Shown in pieces: positions 23,456 to 35,090 of a stretch of DNA of 64,000 nucleotides. Source of the DNA: Lama guanicoe. Taxonomy: Eukaryota. The stretch spans positions 496,001 to 560,000 of the forward strand of contig MU054033.1 of the NCBI GenBank assembly GCA_013239625.1. Direction: 5' to 3'. The position numbers were made by a program, and so were the translations under genes. How positions within the stretch are numbered: the first letter of the stretch is position 1; the number at the start of each line of letters is the position of its first letter. Under the pieces are notes generated by a model. The model was not told the DNA's origin. It did not search any database and was given only the letters and a program-made list of their open reading frames with translations.

Positions 23456-25011
23456 ACTTCTGCTCCATGGCACTTAATTTTATGGGAAAGTAATTTAAGT
23501 TACAAAAATAGATACTAAGATGCTCTGATTTTACTTATTTGGGTGAGTTTTTTCTTCCCATCAGTAAGGGAAAAGCAGAACATATGGTCAACACGTAATT
23601 TTTTTTTCTTTTCTCTACTTTGGCCCAGGCTATGATAAGTTTGAAAATCTTCCAGCGGGGAGGGGACAGGGTGGTGGGGAGTGAATTTGCTTGCATTTGA
23701 GACTAATTTACGAATCTACTCCCCATTATCTATCTTCCTTTAAGGTTGCGTTTTCTCTGTCTTTTTTTTTTTTTTAAGTTGAAAAATCTAACTTGTTTAG
23801 CATCAGCTTCCCTTTAGTCATCTCTCTCTTAAGTATGATGCATGAATGCGGAAAGTTGAGTCACTGACCCACTTTATTAATTAGAGGTTCTTTTTAAAAG
23901 GGTGAATAACAGAGTAAGGATGAAGTCATTTTTATGTTACTGTAAATCTTAACAGTTCTAGAGTGTAGCAGTCCAGGGAGTTAGCTAGTGAAACACTGTT
24001 TTTATTTAGTTCCCCAAATTTCAAAGAACACATCAGTGATCACCTACCATATACAGTCTGGGTGTATGTAGTGGCTTGGTTTGTTGTTTTCTTTCTTTCT
24101 TTCTTTCTTTTTTTTTAACAGTTCATTAATGATGAATATAATAGCTCCAAGTTTGGAAACTCTTCATGATCCAGAAGCCCGGAAGGAAGCATCATTCTAA
24201 GTAAACTGATGACTTGACTGTTATTGACAATTTGTCCGGGACCCTCAGTTGCCCCATAGCAGTAAAAGTCTCCAAACACGGACCGGGCGGGACCGGCTTC
24301 TGGGCGGGGTGCAGGGCCTGGGTCAAGGTCGGGCCAGCACAGCCGTCTCCATGGCGGTTTTCCTCGCCCAAGCCCTCTCCAGAACTGCCTTTTTCCACAC
24401 TGACCTCTTTTTCATCCTAGAGTTGGGGGCGGGGGCTGGACCTCAGGCTTCATAAAACACGTGGCGGGTGAGGTAACCCTCGCTCTGTTCCCCGTGTCTC
24501 GTGGTGGCACCTGGGAAGAGCCCTGTCCTAACGTCCCGCCTCAGGGCTCCCTCATCTTTTTCACGGCCTGGTTTGAATAAAGCCTGATTTTCAAGCTCTT
24601 AAACCTCCTGCCCTTTTCTATTTCACAAAGTGATCCTTTGAATTAAAGGGGATGTGGGAACATACGCACATGCCATCCACCTTGTCCCTTTGGACACCGC
24701 GACCCGTTCTCTCTCTGAAATCTCCTGCCTCTTGGAGAAGTGCGTTGCCCACTTGGCCCCTGGCCTGCTGGCTTCAGTAACTGCCCGTTTCCGGGTGGGG
24801 CCCAGAGGCAAACCCATCTCACTTGGGAACGCCGCAAAGTGGAGGAGGGTGAAGATGTCGGATGGCAAGTTAGGATCCAGAAGGGTGTCACACCCTAGAA
24901 TGGATGCAACGACTCTAACAACATGAATAAGAAGAGGGTTACAAGGTGCAGTAAAGTTTCTGTGTCAAGCGGGAAAACAGAAGGCTGTCCAAGTTCACGA
25001 CTGGGGAAAAA

Positions 25012-25109
25012 CAAAATAAAAAAAAGCAGAAATAACTACATCTGGAGGGAAAAAGCTTTGGTTCCAAAATAAAAAAAAACCAGAAATAACTACATCTGGA
25101 GGGAAAAAG
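25012..25109. repeat. Local direct duplication with about 54-bp period
   Basis: CAGAAATAACTACATCTGGAGGGAAAAAG is identical at 25027-25055 and 25081-25109. Confidence 0.9.
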
Positions 25110-25586
25110 TGTACTGTGAATCAACACCCAGTGGAATGCTGGGTTGAGTCCAGACACGGAGACAACCATCCGTGGTCCCCGGGCGCACGCGCGTGTGCCG
25201 AGGGACGCGGCCGTGAACCTGCCAGAGGAACCCGTCAGGGATGGGAGGTTTCGCAGCCATGAAATAGGAGAACTATATTAAGAAAATGGTTGATACATTG
25301 TCCCCAGAACGGCCAAAGTTTGTCCTGTGTGGTACTTACTGTAAAGGTGCAAGTAGATGACAACAAAAAAGGGAAACCTGGAGTTTTCAGGAAGAACTAT
25401 GCACTTGTCAGAGCCGGGGGGAAGGTCCCCCTCCCGAGGCCACGGTTCCTCCCCTGTGAGTTGTAATGTTAGCTATCGTGGTGAGTATGTCACATCTGGA
25501 TGCCCTCTTCCTTGGTCATTTTGTCATAATTCCAAGGATCTAAGATAGAGCCAGGATGATATTTAACATGTTATCCCTTAGGGTGT

Positions 25587-25755
25587 GGGGGGTGTAGCTC
25601 AGTGGCAGAACTCATGCTTGGCTTCAGTCCCCAGTGCCTCTGTGAAAGAGGGGGAAAGAAAAGAAGGAGAGAGGGAGGGGGAAAGAGAGAGAGAGAGAGA
25701 AAGAGACAGAAAGGAAGAAAGAAAGGAGGGAAGGAAGGAAGGAAGAAAAAAGAAT
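25587..25755 (+). mobile_element. Internally deleted tRNA-Ala-derived SINE with a GA/GGAA microsatellite tail
   Basis: GGGGGGTGTAGCTCAGTGGCAGAACTCATGCTTGG joined to TTCAGTCCCCAGTGCCTC, then purine repeats. Degenerate flanking duplication ttaacatgttatccctta / ttaaatgttgctcctta. Confidence 0.75.
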
Positions 25756-26806
25756 TTTAAATGTTGCTCCTTAAAAAGAAAGGGCGATACAAACAATTCC
25801 AAACTCGCCAGGAACTGAAGAAAGGTAAGTTACACTGTGACACTTCTGTCTCACGATGTCAACTGGGGAAGAGCTACTGCCTCTCCCTCCCACTCACAAG
25901 GCTCCAAAAAGTGATATAAAATGTGTTTAAAGCCAAGCAAATCTTTAATTGTATTCAACAAATAAGAAATGGGAGCCTCCGAGCACTGAAGTTCATAAGA
26001 ATTCCCGGTAAGGTGGCTGTCAGGTGGGCAGGAAGCTGTAGCCGGGAAAACACGGAGACCCCGTGTCGGCCCCCGTGCACGAGCGGAGGGAGGGGAGCCT
26101 GAACCGCCAGCTGTGGGGCTGATGGGGACACTGGCCCCAGAAACAGCTGAATGTCCCCTCCACCTGCCCAGGACGAGGCGAGCGGGAGCAGGGAGTGTGG
26201 AGGGGCGGATTCAGAGAGCCAGGCGGTGTCACCGTGCCCACTTCGTAAAGGAGGGTACGGAGACCCTGAGAGGTCGGCTTGCCGAACACTGCAGCCAGAA
26301 CCCAGGCCCCACGGCACCAGACAGGGCACGGCTGGCCAGCCCAGTGTCGTCTGGCCCGTGAGCTTTTCCCCTGGTACGACTGAGGGAGACAAGACTAGGG
26401 AGCCTGTCTAATCTGCAGGAGAGAAGGGGGGACCTTAGGAGGCGTCCACGTTGTAAGTGCCTTTTCTCTGCAAATTAGTCCAAGTGCTATTTAAGTATCC
26501 ACTTTTCTATGGCATAGTAATTGTGTAATAACTCTATTTTTTCATCTTTGCCAAGAGGCAAATATTCCCACATAAAAACAGCTAACATCTGGGTAGGTCT
26601 TCCAGTTCAAGTGGAAGTTCACACACATTAGCTCTTCTGAAGTCCAACCCCTCGTACGCGGGCACCTTGTTGTCATAGAGACATTGTTAATTGAAGAAAT
26701 TTTTAAAACTCATGTTAGATTTATTTTTTTTTAAATGTAGCTGTTGAACTCATTTTCAAAAACTAAAAATTTTCATAAATGAGAAACATTGGCAGTGCCC
26801 ATTTGG

Positions 26807-26860
26807 GTGTGTGCGTGTGAGTGCGTGTGCGTGCGTGTGTGTGCGTGTGCGTATGCGTGT
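26807..26860. repeat. (GT/GC)n alternating purine-pyrimidine microsatellite
   Basis: gtgtgtgcgtgtgagtgcgtgtgcgtgcgtgtgtgtgcgtgtgcgtatgcgtgt, read directly. Confidence 0.9.
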
Positions 26861-27009
26861 TGTGGGGCAGGGATTGGGATTGTGTACGAAGTGGTGCAAC
26901 CATCGAGGTGACATTGTACAGTGTCCACAAACTACTTGCACCAGAAAAACTGAAATAAGAAAAACTTGCCCAGGATGTGAAATTGTGGGATACTCAAGAT
27001 TCCAGTGAA

Positions 27010-27290
27010 TCTGTTTCTGCTTTGCAAAGCAGTTCATTTGTGTCTTTTTTTTTTAGATTCCACATATAAGTGATATAATATGGTATTTTTCTTTCTCTTT
27101 CTGGTTTACTTCACTTAGAATGACAATCTACAGGTCCACAGGGAACTCTATTCAATATCTTGTAGTCACCTATAATGAAAAAGAATATGAAAATAAATAT
27201 ATGTATGTATGTATATGCATGACTGAAACATTAAGCTGTACACCAGAAATTGATACAACATTGCAAACTGACTACTCCAGTTTAAAAAAA
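27010..27290 (+). mobile_element. 5'-inverted (twin-primed) L1 3' end with a 14-bp TSD
   Basis: Antisense part 27010-27138, sense part 27137-27290 ending in an A run. AAGATTCCAGTGAA at 26996-27009 and 27291-27304. Confidence 0.9.
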
Positions 27291-27671
27291 AAGATTCCAG
27301 TGAAGATAGCAAAATAAAAGAACATTTAGAATTATGAACTATAGTCTAATTTAGAAACGTGAACCAGGATGCGACGTGGGAAGGTGAGATAAAGTACCGC
27401 TCGTTTAAAGCCTTTGGCGCTGTTTTCTGCAGAGCTGGCTTCCACTGATTCTAATGGACGTCAGGAAATAATACAATGCAAGAGCTAAGGGAGATAAATA
27501 GCAGCCCTGGCAAAGGAGAACAGGTGACATTAGAAGGTGACAAAGAGCACTGCTGAAAACATCAGGTGGGCATGTGGCCACCTCTGCTGAGTCATCATGT
27601 TGAGTATTGATAATGTTACTGGCAGACGAGCAGAAGTTCTTCATAAAGTAAACTAAGTCAGTCAAATAGGA

Positions 27672-27832
27672 GGGGAGGGTATAGCTCAAGTGGTAGCGTG
27701 CTGGCTTAGCGTGCACAAGGTCCTGGGTTGGATCCCCAGTACCTCCTCTATCAATCAATAAACAAATAAACCTAATTACCCCCAAATCTAATAAAAACTA
27801 AAAATAATAAAAATAACACTAAAAATAAGTAA
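27672..27832 (+). mobile_element. tRNA-Ala-derived SINE (Vic-1-like), first of a tandem pair
   Basis: GGGGAGGGTATAGCTCAAGTGGTAG...GGTCCTGGGTTGGATCCCCAGTACCTCC plus an A-rich tail. Confidence 0.9.
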
Positions 27833-27834
27833 GA

Positions 27835-27991
27835 GGGGAGGGTGTAGCTCCGTGGTAGAGTGCATGCTTAGCATGCATGAGGTTCTGGGTTCAATCCCCA
27901 GTACCTCCAATTTAACAACCAAATAAACAAATAAATCCAATTGCCTCCTCTGAAAAAATAAAATAAAACTTCAAAAATAAAAGTAAAATAA
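27835..27991 (+). mobile_element. tRNA-Ala-derived SINE (Vic-1-like), second of the tandem pair
   Basis: GGGGAGGGTGTAGCTCCGTGGTAGAGTGCATGCTTAGCATGCATGAGGTTCTGGGTTCAATCCCCAGTACCTCCA plus tail. Confidence 0.9.
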
Positions 27992-28017
27992 CCCAGACAG
28001 ATATGACTGCCATTTTT

Positions 28018-28228
28018 TTGCATTCTGGTTTTTTTTTTTTTTGGAATTATAGTCAGTTTACCGTGTTGTGTCAGTTTCTGGTGTACAGTGTGCTGTTTCA
28101 GTCATCCATACACATCCGTATGTTCCTTCTCAGATTCTTTTTCATTATAGGAGACTACAAGATATTGAATAGAGTTCCCTGTGCTCTGCAGTGGAAACCT
28201 ATTGTTTCTCCATTTTATATATAGTATG
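28018..28228 (-). mobile_element. Truncated L1 3' end with a 14-bp TSD
   Basis: T run plus antisense L1 3' UTR. TGACTGCCATTTTT at 28004-28017 and 28229-28242. Confidence 0.88.
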
Positions 28229-29162
28229 TGACTGCCATTTTTGATACCTCCAAATATCCTTGATATTTTGTCAGTCTTAACCGCTTGAGAAGGAAAAGGT
28301 TACTTTGGAGAAAGTGTCCGAATAAAGTCCAAGGTCCTGGAGGTCAAGAATAAGGCCCTTCTGAAAGCACCCATGGACGAAATCCTGAGGATGGGAAAGG
28401 CCGGGGAAGCAGGTCATTTAGTAACAATATCTGGCGATTTAAGAACAGGGGGAGGAGGAAAGCAGAAGCCTCAGAATGAACCACCCTTGAAGCAAGCAGA
28501 TCTTTCAGTGTAACAAGGTGTTTTTTTTTAAAGTTACTGTAACGGCTGTACCAGATTTCCCATGAGAGAGGGAACTTTCTTTTTGAGAAGAAAACTTTGA
28601 TGCACTACTGGGGTCACAGGGAAAGTCCTAAAAACGAGGATGTCAGCAGGTGCAGGGCTCCAAGAGGAAGAGGCAGGTTGTTTTGCAGAGAAAGTGAGAG
28701 AAGATGGAGGTGGGGGTGGTTCTGCTTCTCCGGAGGCTGCTTTTCAAAGGAAGGGAGGAGGGAGGGAGGGGAGAGGAGGCCCAGGGAAGCCCCTGATGAG
28801 TACGTGGCAGAAACATTTCTTCCTCAGCTTGTCAGTAAGTCCTAGGAGGCTCTCAGATGCTGTGTGTGAGTGGATTTTGTTTGCTTGCTGGACTTTATCT
28901 GTGGGTCAGCATTCTGCAGAGCAAGGCAGCTCAGCTGGGAGCAGGCGCCAAAGGCAGGAGGGGTGGTGAGGCCTGACGTCCCCAGGAGCCCGCAGAGTCT
29001 AGAAGGGGACTTGGACCTGGACCGCCCGTGTCCCTGAGGCCGGGAGACCACCTTAGCTGGATCTCCCCAGTTAGGGAGGCCCTGCTAATTATCAACAAAT
29101 ACAAATTGCCTATAGATACCAAATTTTGTGTTGTGTAACAAGAAACATTATCTCCTTTCGGG

Positions 29163-29294
29163 TTTTTTGTTTGTTTGGGGGTGGGGGTTACTAATTTACT
29201 TTTAAAATATTTTAATTTATTTTTAATGGAGATACTGGGGATTGAACCCACAACCTCACGCATGCTAGAGGGGCCCTCTACCACTGAGCTACAC
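29163..29294 (-). mobile_element. tRNA-Ala-derived SINE (Vic-1-like)
   Basis: Reverse complement reads GTGTAGCTCAGTGGTAGAGG...GGTTCAATCCCCAGTATCTCCA plus tail. Confidence 0.85.
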
Positions 29295-29808
29295 AGTGTC
29301 TCCTTTTGAAGGGTTTTGAATTTGCTTCTAAAGGAAAAACCAAAACACTAAATGTGGAAACCGCCAATAGACATTGCCAAGAGGGAGAATGTGCGGGAAA
29401 GAGCAGGTCCATGAGAGGAGCTGCAGGGGGAGACCTGAGGGGCATCTCAGCAGGAGGAGAACGGGCTGGGCTCGAGGTGGGGTGAGAACTTGGCGGTTGG
29501 GAAGAGCAGAGAGCAGCGATCATACCGCCATCGGGGGCCGTGGTGTGGTATGCTGCCTCCCTGGAGAAATGAACTTATTTAGACGATCCGCAAGAAATAA
29601 AATTCAAAAGAAAGTGTAGAACCAGTTGCCCAAGGACCTTGAATTCCAGGCTGTAGGAAAAACGTAACCTCCTACCTGCCTGCTGAGAGACAGGGAAGGC
29701 AGCGTGAGGTCAGGACAGCAGGTGGGCAGGGGTGAGGGAACGCTCCGAGGATGGCGGGAATGAATCTAGGACAAGAATTCCCCGCCGGTGCGTAGAGGGT
29801 GAACAGGA

Positions 29809-30102
29809 GAGGATGCCGTGGACGGACACACAGCAGAGGATGCTGTGGACGGACACACAGCAGAGGCGAGGATGCTGTGGACGGACACGCAGCAGAGGAT
29901 GCTGTGGACGGACACGCAGGCGAGGATGCTGTGGACGGACACACAGCAGAGGCGAGGATGCTGTGGACGGACACGCAGCAGAGGATGCTGTGGACGGACA
30001 CGCAGGCGAGGATGCTGTGGACAGACACACAGCAGAGGCGAGGATGCTGTGGACGGACACGCAGCAGAGGCGAGGATGCTGTGGACGGACACGCAGCAGA
30101 GG
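29809..30102. repeat. Minisatellite of 10 units of 27 or 32 bp (core GAGGATGCTGTGGACGGACACRCAG)
   Basis: Units start at 29809, 29836, 29868, 29895, 29922, 29954, 29981, 30008, 30040 and 30072. Confidence 0.97.
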
Positions 30103-30790
30103 TCGCCGGGGCTCCCGGGTCGGGGCAGGGCCTACGTCATGCGCGGCTGCGGTGGGGTCCCATCCCAGTAGCCCCACGCCGCGCCCACTGGGCAGCTGGG
30201 GGCTCCCTGCGCCTGCACACGGGCGGAGGTCACTGACCCCAGCTGCCTCCCCGAGCCGCCCGCGCGCCAGGCCGGGGGGGGGGGCGGGGGATGCAACGTG
30301 ACAGCGCGTCTTCACGCATCCGCCTCGTGTGGCCACGTGGGTGGGAAGCGTCCGAAGCGCGCGGCGCGCTGCCGGCTTCCGCTCGCTCCCGCCAGGGCTG
30401 GGCTCAGCGCTCCGCCCCGCGGCCCCCAGCCGCGCCCTCGTGCGCACTGAGCCCCCCGGAGGAGGAGGGTGGGAGCGGGGTTAGAAAGCAAGGCGGTGCC
30501 GGGAGGGAGAGCGGAGGTGGCGCAGGGGGGCCTGGTTGGAGTAAAGCGGGAGGTTCTCTGCGAGGTGGTGGCCCAGACCCGCGGAGAAGAAACGGACCTC
30601 GGCTCCCACCGGGAAAAGGGGGCTGCGGTCCTGGCTGCAAGAGGTGGCAGTGGCCGTGTGGGACGCAAGGCGGGCTGGGCCGGGGAAGGCGTCGGTGCGA
30701 TGGATCGGGACGGCAGCTGTTCTCCTTGGAACTTCCCCAGAACTCCCAAGCTGCCGCTCGGACCAGCCTTTTCCAGCAGGTAGTCACCAG
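30103..30790. promoter_or_regulatory. Orphan intergenic CpG island
   Basis: CpG-dense block with a GC box and E-box CACGTG at 30334-30339; no recognisable coding exon. Confidence 0.7.
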
Positions 30791-31931
30791 ATCGCTTCTC
30801 TTCTCTCCTAAAACCTTAAAGCCAAGTCACCGTGTGATGTGGCGAATAGGAGCCTGAGATTTGGCTGGCTCTTAACTTGCACTCATACATCAGCATTTTC
30901 TCCGCGTTTCACCAGGAATAGATTGGCCCAGCCAGGGCTACAGAGAAGGTGGATTGCAATGAACCTCCTCCTTGTCTTTCTGCAAAGCAGGATGAATGTC
31001 ACAATTAATTATTTTTTGCTTCTTTGATTTGTAGTTGCTTTTGTATTGGAGGCCAAATGGAATCTAAGATCCTATCGACATCACTGCTGAGCGAAATTGG
31101 GATAATTATTTCGATAATTCAAGCGAAAGGGTTCTGAAATTTTTGATATTGTAAATGAATGTCTTTTTTGAAAATCAAGATAATTGTCTTGCCAGAAATA
31201 TGCAAATTAGGCCTCAAACTTGCGAAACACAGAGAAAAGTCATTTTCCTTAGGTAGGAGGAATCACCTTGGCCCCTCCTTGGAGTCGTGTGTTAAAGCAG
31301 AAACGAGGAAAGTGTCACTCCTGCGTTCATTGAGTTTGAAAGTAAATTAACCTCAGGCCAGAATGTTCTGTGATGGAGGAAAGTGTAGTGTAATAACTGA
31401 TGAAAGCAATAAACAATGGCTGAGCAGAAGGAAACAGTTATTAGAAATTTCTACCTTTTGTTTGTCACCACCTAACGTTTTTGCCAAGTTCTCTGATGCC
31501 TGCCTGCCATAACAGGTTGCCAAAACTGAGCTCTGCCTTCCAAATACAGGGATGTGTGTTTATGATGAAAGCGTAACAAAGAACTAGTAACAGGTCGTTT
31601 TTCTGAGTATGCTCCTATGAGAACTCAAGGCGTACCTTAAACATAGAACACTGTGGTGAGCACCAAGGCCAGAGCAAAAGCATCTTTTGTTCCCACCCCA
31701 CCCGACCCTTCCTCACTCCCGCCGTGACAGCAGATCAGAAGCTCCATCCAGAGGAATCTTCGGCCTGTGCTGTTATGCCTCTGGAAACGTGGCTGGCCAG
31801 GGCTGAAGGCGCCAGTGGGCCCGAGCGCACGAGGTTCTGGGCGCGGCGCGTTCATACTCCCTGCCCCAACACTGTCTGAACTCCTGAAAGCTCTTACTGT
31901 GTCCATCGCGGAAATGCGACGTTAACCTGTT

Positions 31932-32210
31932 GTATCAATCAGGGCTCACAGAGAGACAGAACCAGCAGGATTTAAGGACATCTATATCTTTACCTATTTC
32001 CCTACCAATCGATCGATCAGTTGATCTATTAAAAAAGAGAGGGGCTGAGAAGCCCCGCATTCTGCTGTCTACAAGCTGCAGGCCCAGGAAAGCCAAGTCA
32101 CTTGTGTAACAGCCTGAGCCCAGAGGCCTGAGGACCAGGAGGGCTGATGGTGTGAATCCCAGTCTGCGGGCAGGGAAGGGTAAAGCGAGACGTCCTGGTT
32201 CAAACATAGA
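31932..32210 (-). mobile_element. MLT2 (ERVL) LTR fragment
   Basis: TGTATCAATCAGGGCTCACAGAGAGACAGAACCAGCAGGA...GGCTGAGAAGCCCC...CCCAGGAAAGCC, similar in reverse to 36605-37088. Confidence 0.7.
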
Positions 32211-33144
32211 GCCAGACTTCGAATCCACCTGGATTTGTGTTTTTTTCGAGATACTGGATACCCCTGTATGGAAGACACAGCCAAAGAATATAAGACCCGC
32301 TTTAAAAGTTTTCACTCCTTGGGAGATTGGGGTTCAAATAGGCTTTGGAAAAACAATCACCTACTAAAGGTTTGGTGGGGAGCATCTCTGAATTAGTCTG
32401 CTGAAGCATACCATCTAGTCTCTGAACTCACAGCATCTCTGAAATTACACCTGACCTCAAAGCCATTCTGTTTTGTTCTTTTCTGCCTTGGGTTCCAGCA
32501 GCCTTCCCAATAATTTGTAAGCTATTTGGAAGAGTCACCATCTGCTACTGCTCACTGTGTGTTAGGCTTCTGATATGGTAAAAAATATTCGTTATTTTAA
32601 AACTGAACATTTTTAAACTTCTTCTCCCCTTTTGTGAATGTTTTCTAATGCACCTTTGTTAAGCCATTAAGGTAAGTGTGATAATTCATTATTACATATT
32701 TGTTTTTCTATGGAATGAGAACAGCTTGTCTATAATGGTAGCAGAACCCTCACGAACACGTGCTTTGGAGTTAATTTCTAATAGGCCTTCGCACGAACAG
32801 TCTGTTCTCCACAGACAGGACTCATCACTGCTCGAGTCCCTCAGAAAAGATGGCACTGAATCAACTACTCCTGCCTTGACTGACACTATTTTTAAGTCAT
32901 TTTATTCTTGGCTGTAGATACTGTCTTCTTGAAACATACAACTTGTCTGTAAGAATCCTGCACAAATTCCATTTCTACAGTAAGGCTAAACTATTAAATC
33001 AAGAGACACACGTATAGTAAATTCAAAGAATGCATATATTCTGAATCTTTGAGGTGTTCTTGCCATTTGAGGAATGCCTGCAATGAGTCAGCGGAGCAGG
33101 AAGCTAAGATAAAATAATCATTCATAACCCACAAGATGTATATC

Positions 33145-33571
33145 TGTAGAACTTTTGTTGTGTGATTAACTGCAGTAGTAATTCATTTACAACCAATCTT
33201 ACACAGGGTTTTCTGGTTTAACTGAAGGGGCAAAACCCACGAAGGGACCAGCAAGACCTCCCAGGCAGGGCCACTGCCTTCCCACTTTTGTGCTTCTGTA
33301 AAACGGTTTGCTTCTCAGGAAATGAAACTTACCCTTAAAATTCCATTGGTTCCCAAAAGCTCACCCCTGATTGGCCCATTTCTAACACCTCATTTGCATA
33401 TGGCACGAACTTAATTGAAACCTAAAACCCCATAAAAGCCTGTGTAAACCTGCAGTTGGGGTCCAGAGCTTGGAGTGTTAACTCCTCTGGGCCCGCCGGT
33501 GTGGTAAACCAGAGTTCTCCAACTCTCCGAGCGTCGCTTGGTCTCTCCACGGGATCCAGGTTTCTGTAACA
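33145..33571 (+). mobile_element. Solo ERV1-class LTR (5' boundary uncertain, may extend about 200 bp upstream)
   Basis: Two ATTGG boxes, an octamer, TATA-like CATAAAA, an R/U5-like GGGGTCCAGAGCTTGGAGTGTTAACTCCTCTGGGCCCGCCGG stretch, and a terminal TGTAACA. Confidence 0.7.
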
Positions 33572-35090
33572 CTCCTAAGATAACCAAAGGTAAGTTTTAA
33601 TTTCTTCATATTAAAAATGCTTCTATGTGACAATTTACACTAAAACATACACATACCCGGAGATTCCATATGGAGGTATTTTCACACCCATTTCACTTTT
33701 ATCAATAACCCAGCATAATATCTCAGTTTCAAGATGCAATTTCAGTGCAGTTACATTTAACAGCTCTACATTATATACAGTCAACATGCTTCAACGAAGG
33801 GGAGGGAACCTGAAAAAGCCAAACATTCTACAAGGCAACTGGCCTGCTGGACTCTAGAAAAGTCAATGTTCTAGATTAAAAGAGACTAACGAGGCATCAC
33901 TAAGTGCAATGCATGAATTTGAAACAGGAAAAAGCTGTGGAAGACGTACTCGGAAATCCTAAGTATATATGACATTTCAGAATAGTTGTTAAGTTTGAGA
34001 TGTAATAATGGATACATACATGGCGACAGGAGACCTTCCCCATTCTTAAGGAATACATGTTTCAACATTTAAGGGTGAAATGTCACAATGTCTGCAATTT
34101 ACTTAGAAAAAGAAATGAGAACAAATGGCGAATGTAACTTCCACCAGTTAACAAACTGGCAAAAGATACATGCAAGGGTTTGTTGGACTCATCCTCCAGC
34201 TTTTCTGTAGACTTACATTTTTTGAAAAGAAAATTAAGAAGAGGAATCTCTAAGTACCATAGAATTAAAAATAATAATTAGTTTTAAAAATACATCAGAT
34301 TGTGTATACATCTATCAAAATTCCTCAAATTGTACATCTGAAATACGTGTAGTTTACTGTACAGGAATCATACCACAGTAAAAGTGTTAAAAATACATCT
34401 GATTTAGAAGCACCAGGCGCCATAATACTCATTCAAGAAGTGTTTCATGGGGCAAAAGGTATGACTTAATTCGTTCTGATCCGTTAACGAAGCAAACAAA
34501 GAGAAATGGCACAAAAAGCCGCAAAGACCAGAGAAGAAAGGACGTGGCAAGTAAATACATCAAGATGGAGGTCAGAGGGTAAGAACAGATCCCAAGGGCA
34601 TGTACAGAGGTACAGGGTTCCCACTCTAAGCAAGAAGACAATACCGTTCTCTAGAAAACAGCCACTAAAGACGTTTAATAATCAGAAGCAGCATAGGTCA
34701 GAAGCTCAGACACCAGCTCTGGCCCTCACTGACTATAGAACCGTGGGCAAGTTTATTCCTTTGCATTTTCCTAGTTTCCATTTCTTTATCAAAAACAAGG
34801 ATTAAAATACAAACATTCGCAGCTTGCGGGAAGAAGTATGTCAAACACTTAGCAAAGCATGCTGCATCGTAAGTGCATGATCACAGGTATATTTTACAGA
34901 GTAGGCAGAAATGGTTATCCTGGAGTTACACCTCCATGCACGCTGTATCAGATGAGGGTGATGGCAAGCCTGGTGGGAGAGGCAGCCTGGAGAAATTATG
35001 ATCAAAAGAGGGGTTTTCAAGGAAAATACAACCCTGGTAATCAAACAGGTCTGGGATATAATCTTAACTTCTAGTTTAAAAAAAGATATT

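Noticed and set aside
27672..27909. tRNA-Ala(AGC) genes here and at 2954, 25587, 29163, 41738 and 45118
   Set aside because: All have the GGGGAGGG-type 5' extension or deletions, stem mismatches and shared A-rich tails. They are SINE copies, not tRNA genes.
29809..30102. CRISPR-like array of repeats of about 27 bp
   Set aside because: Units are contiguous with no unique spacers, there are no cas genes, and the context is mammalian. It is a minisatellite.
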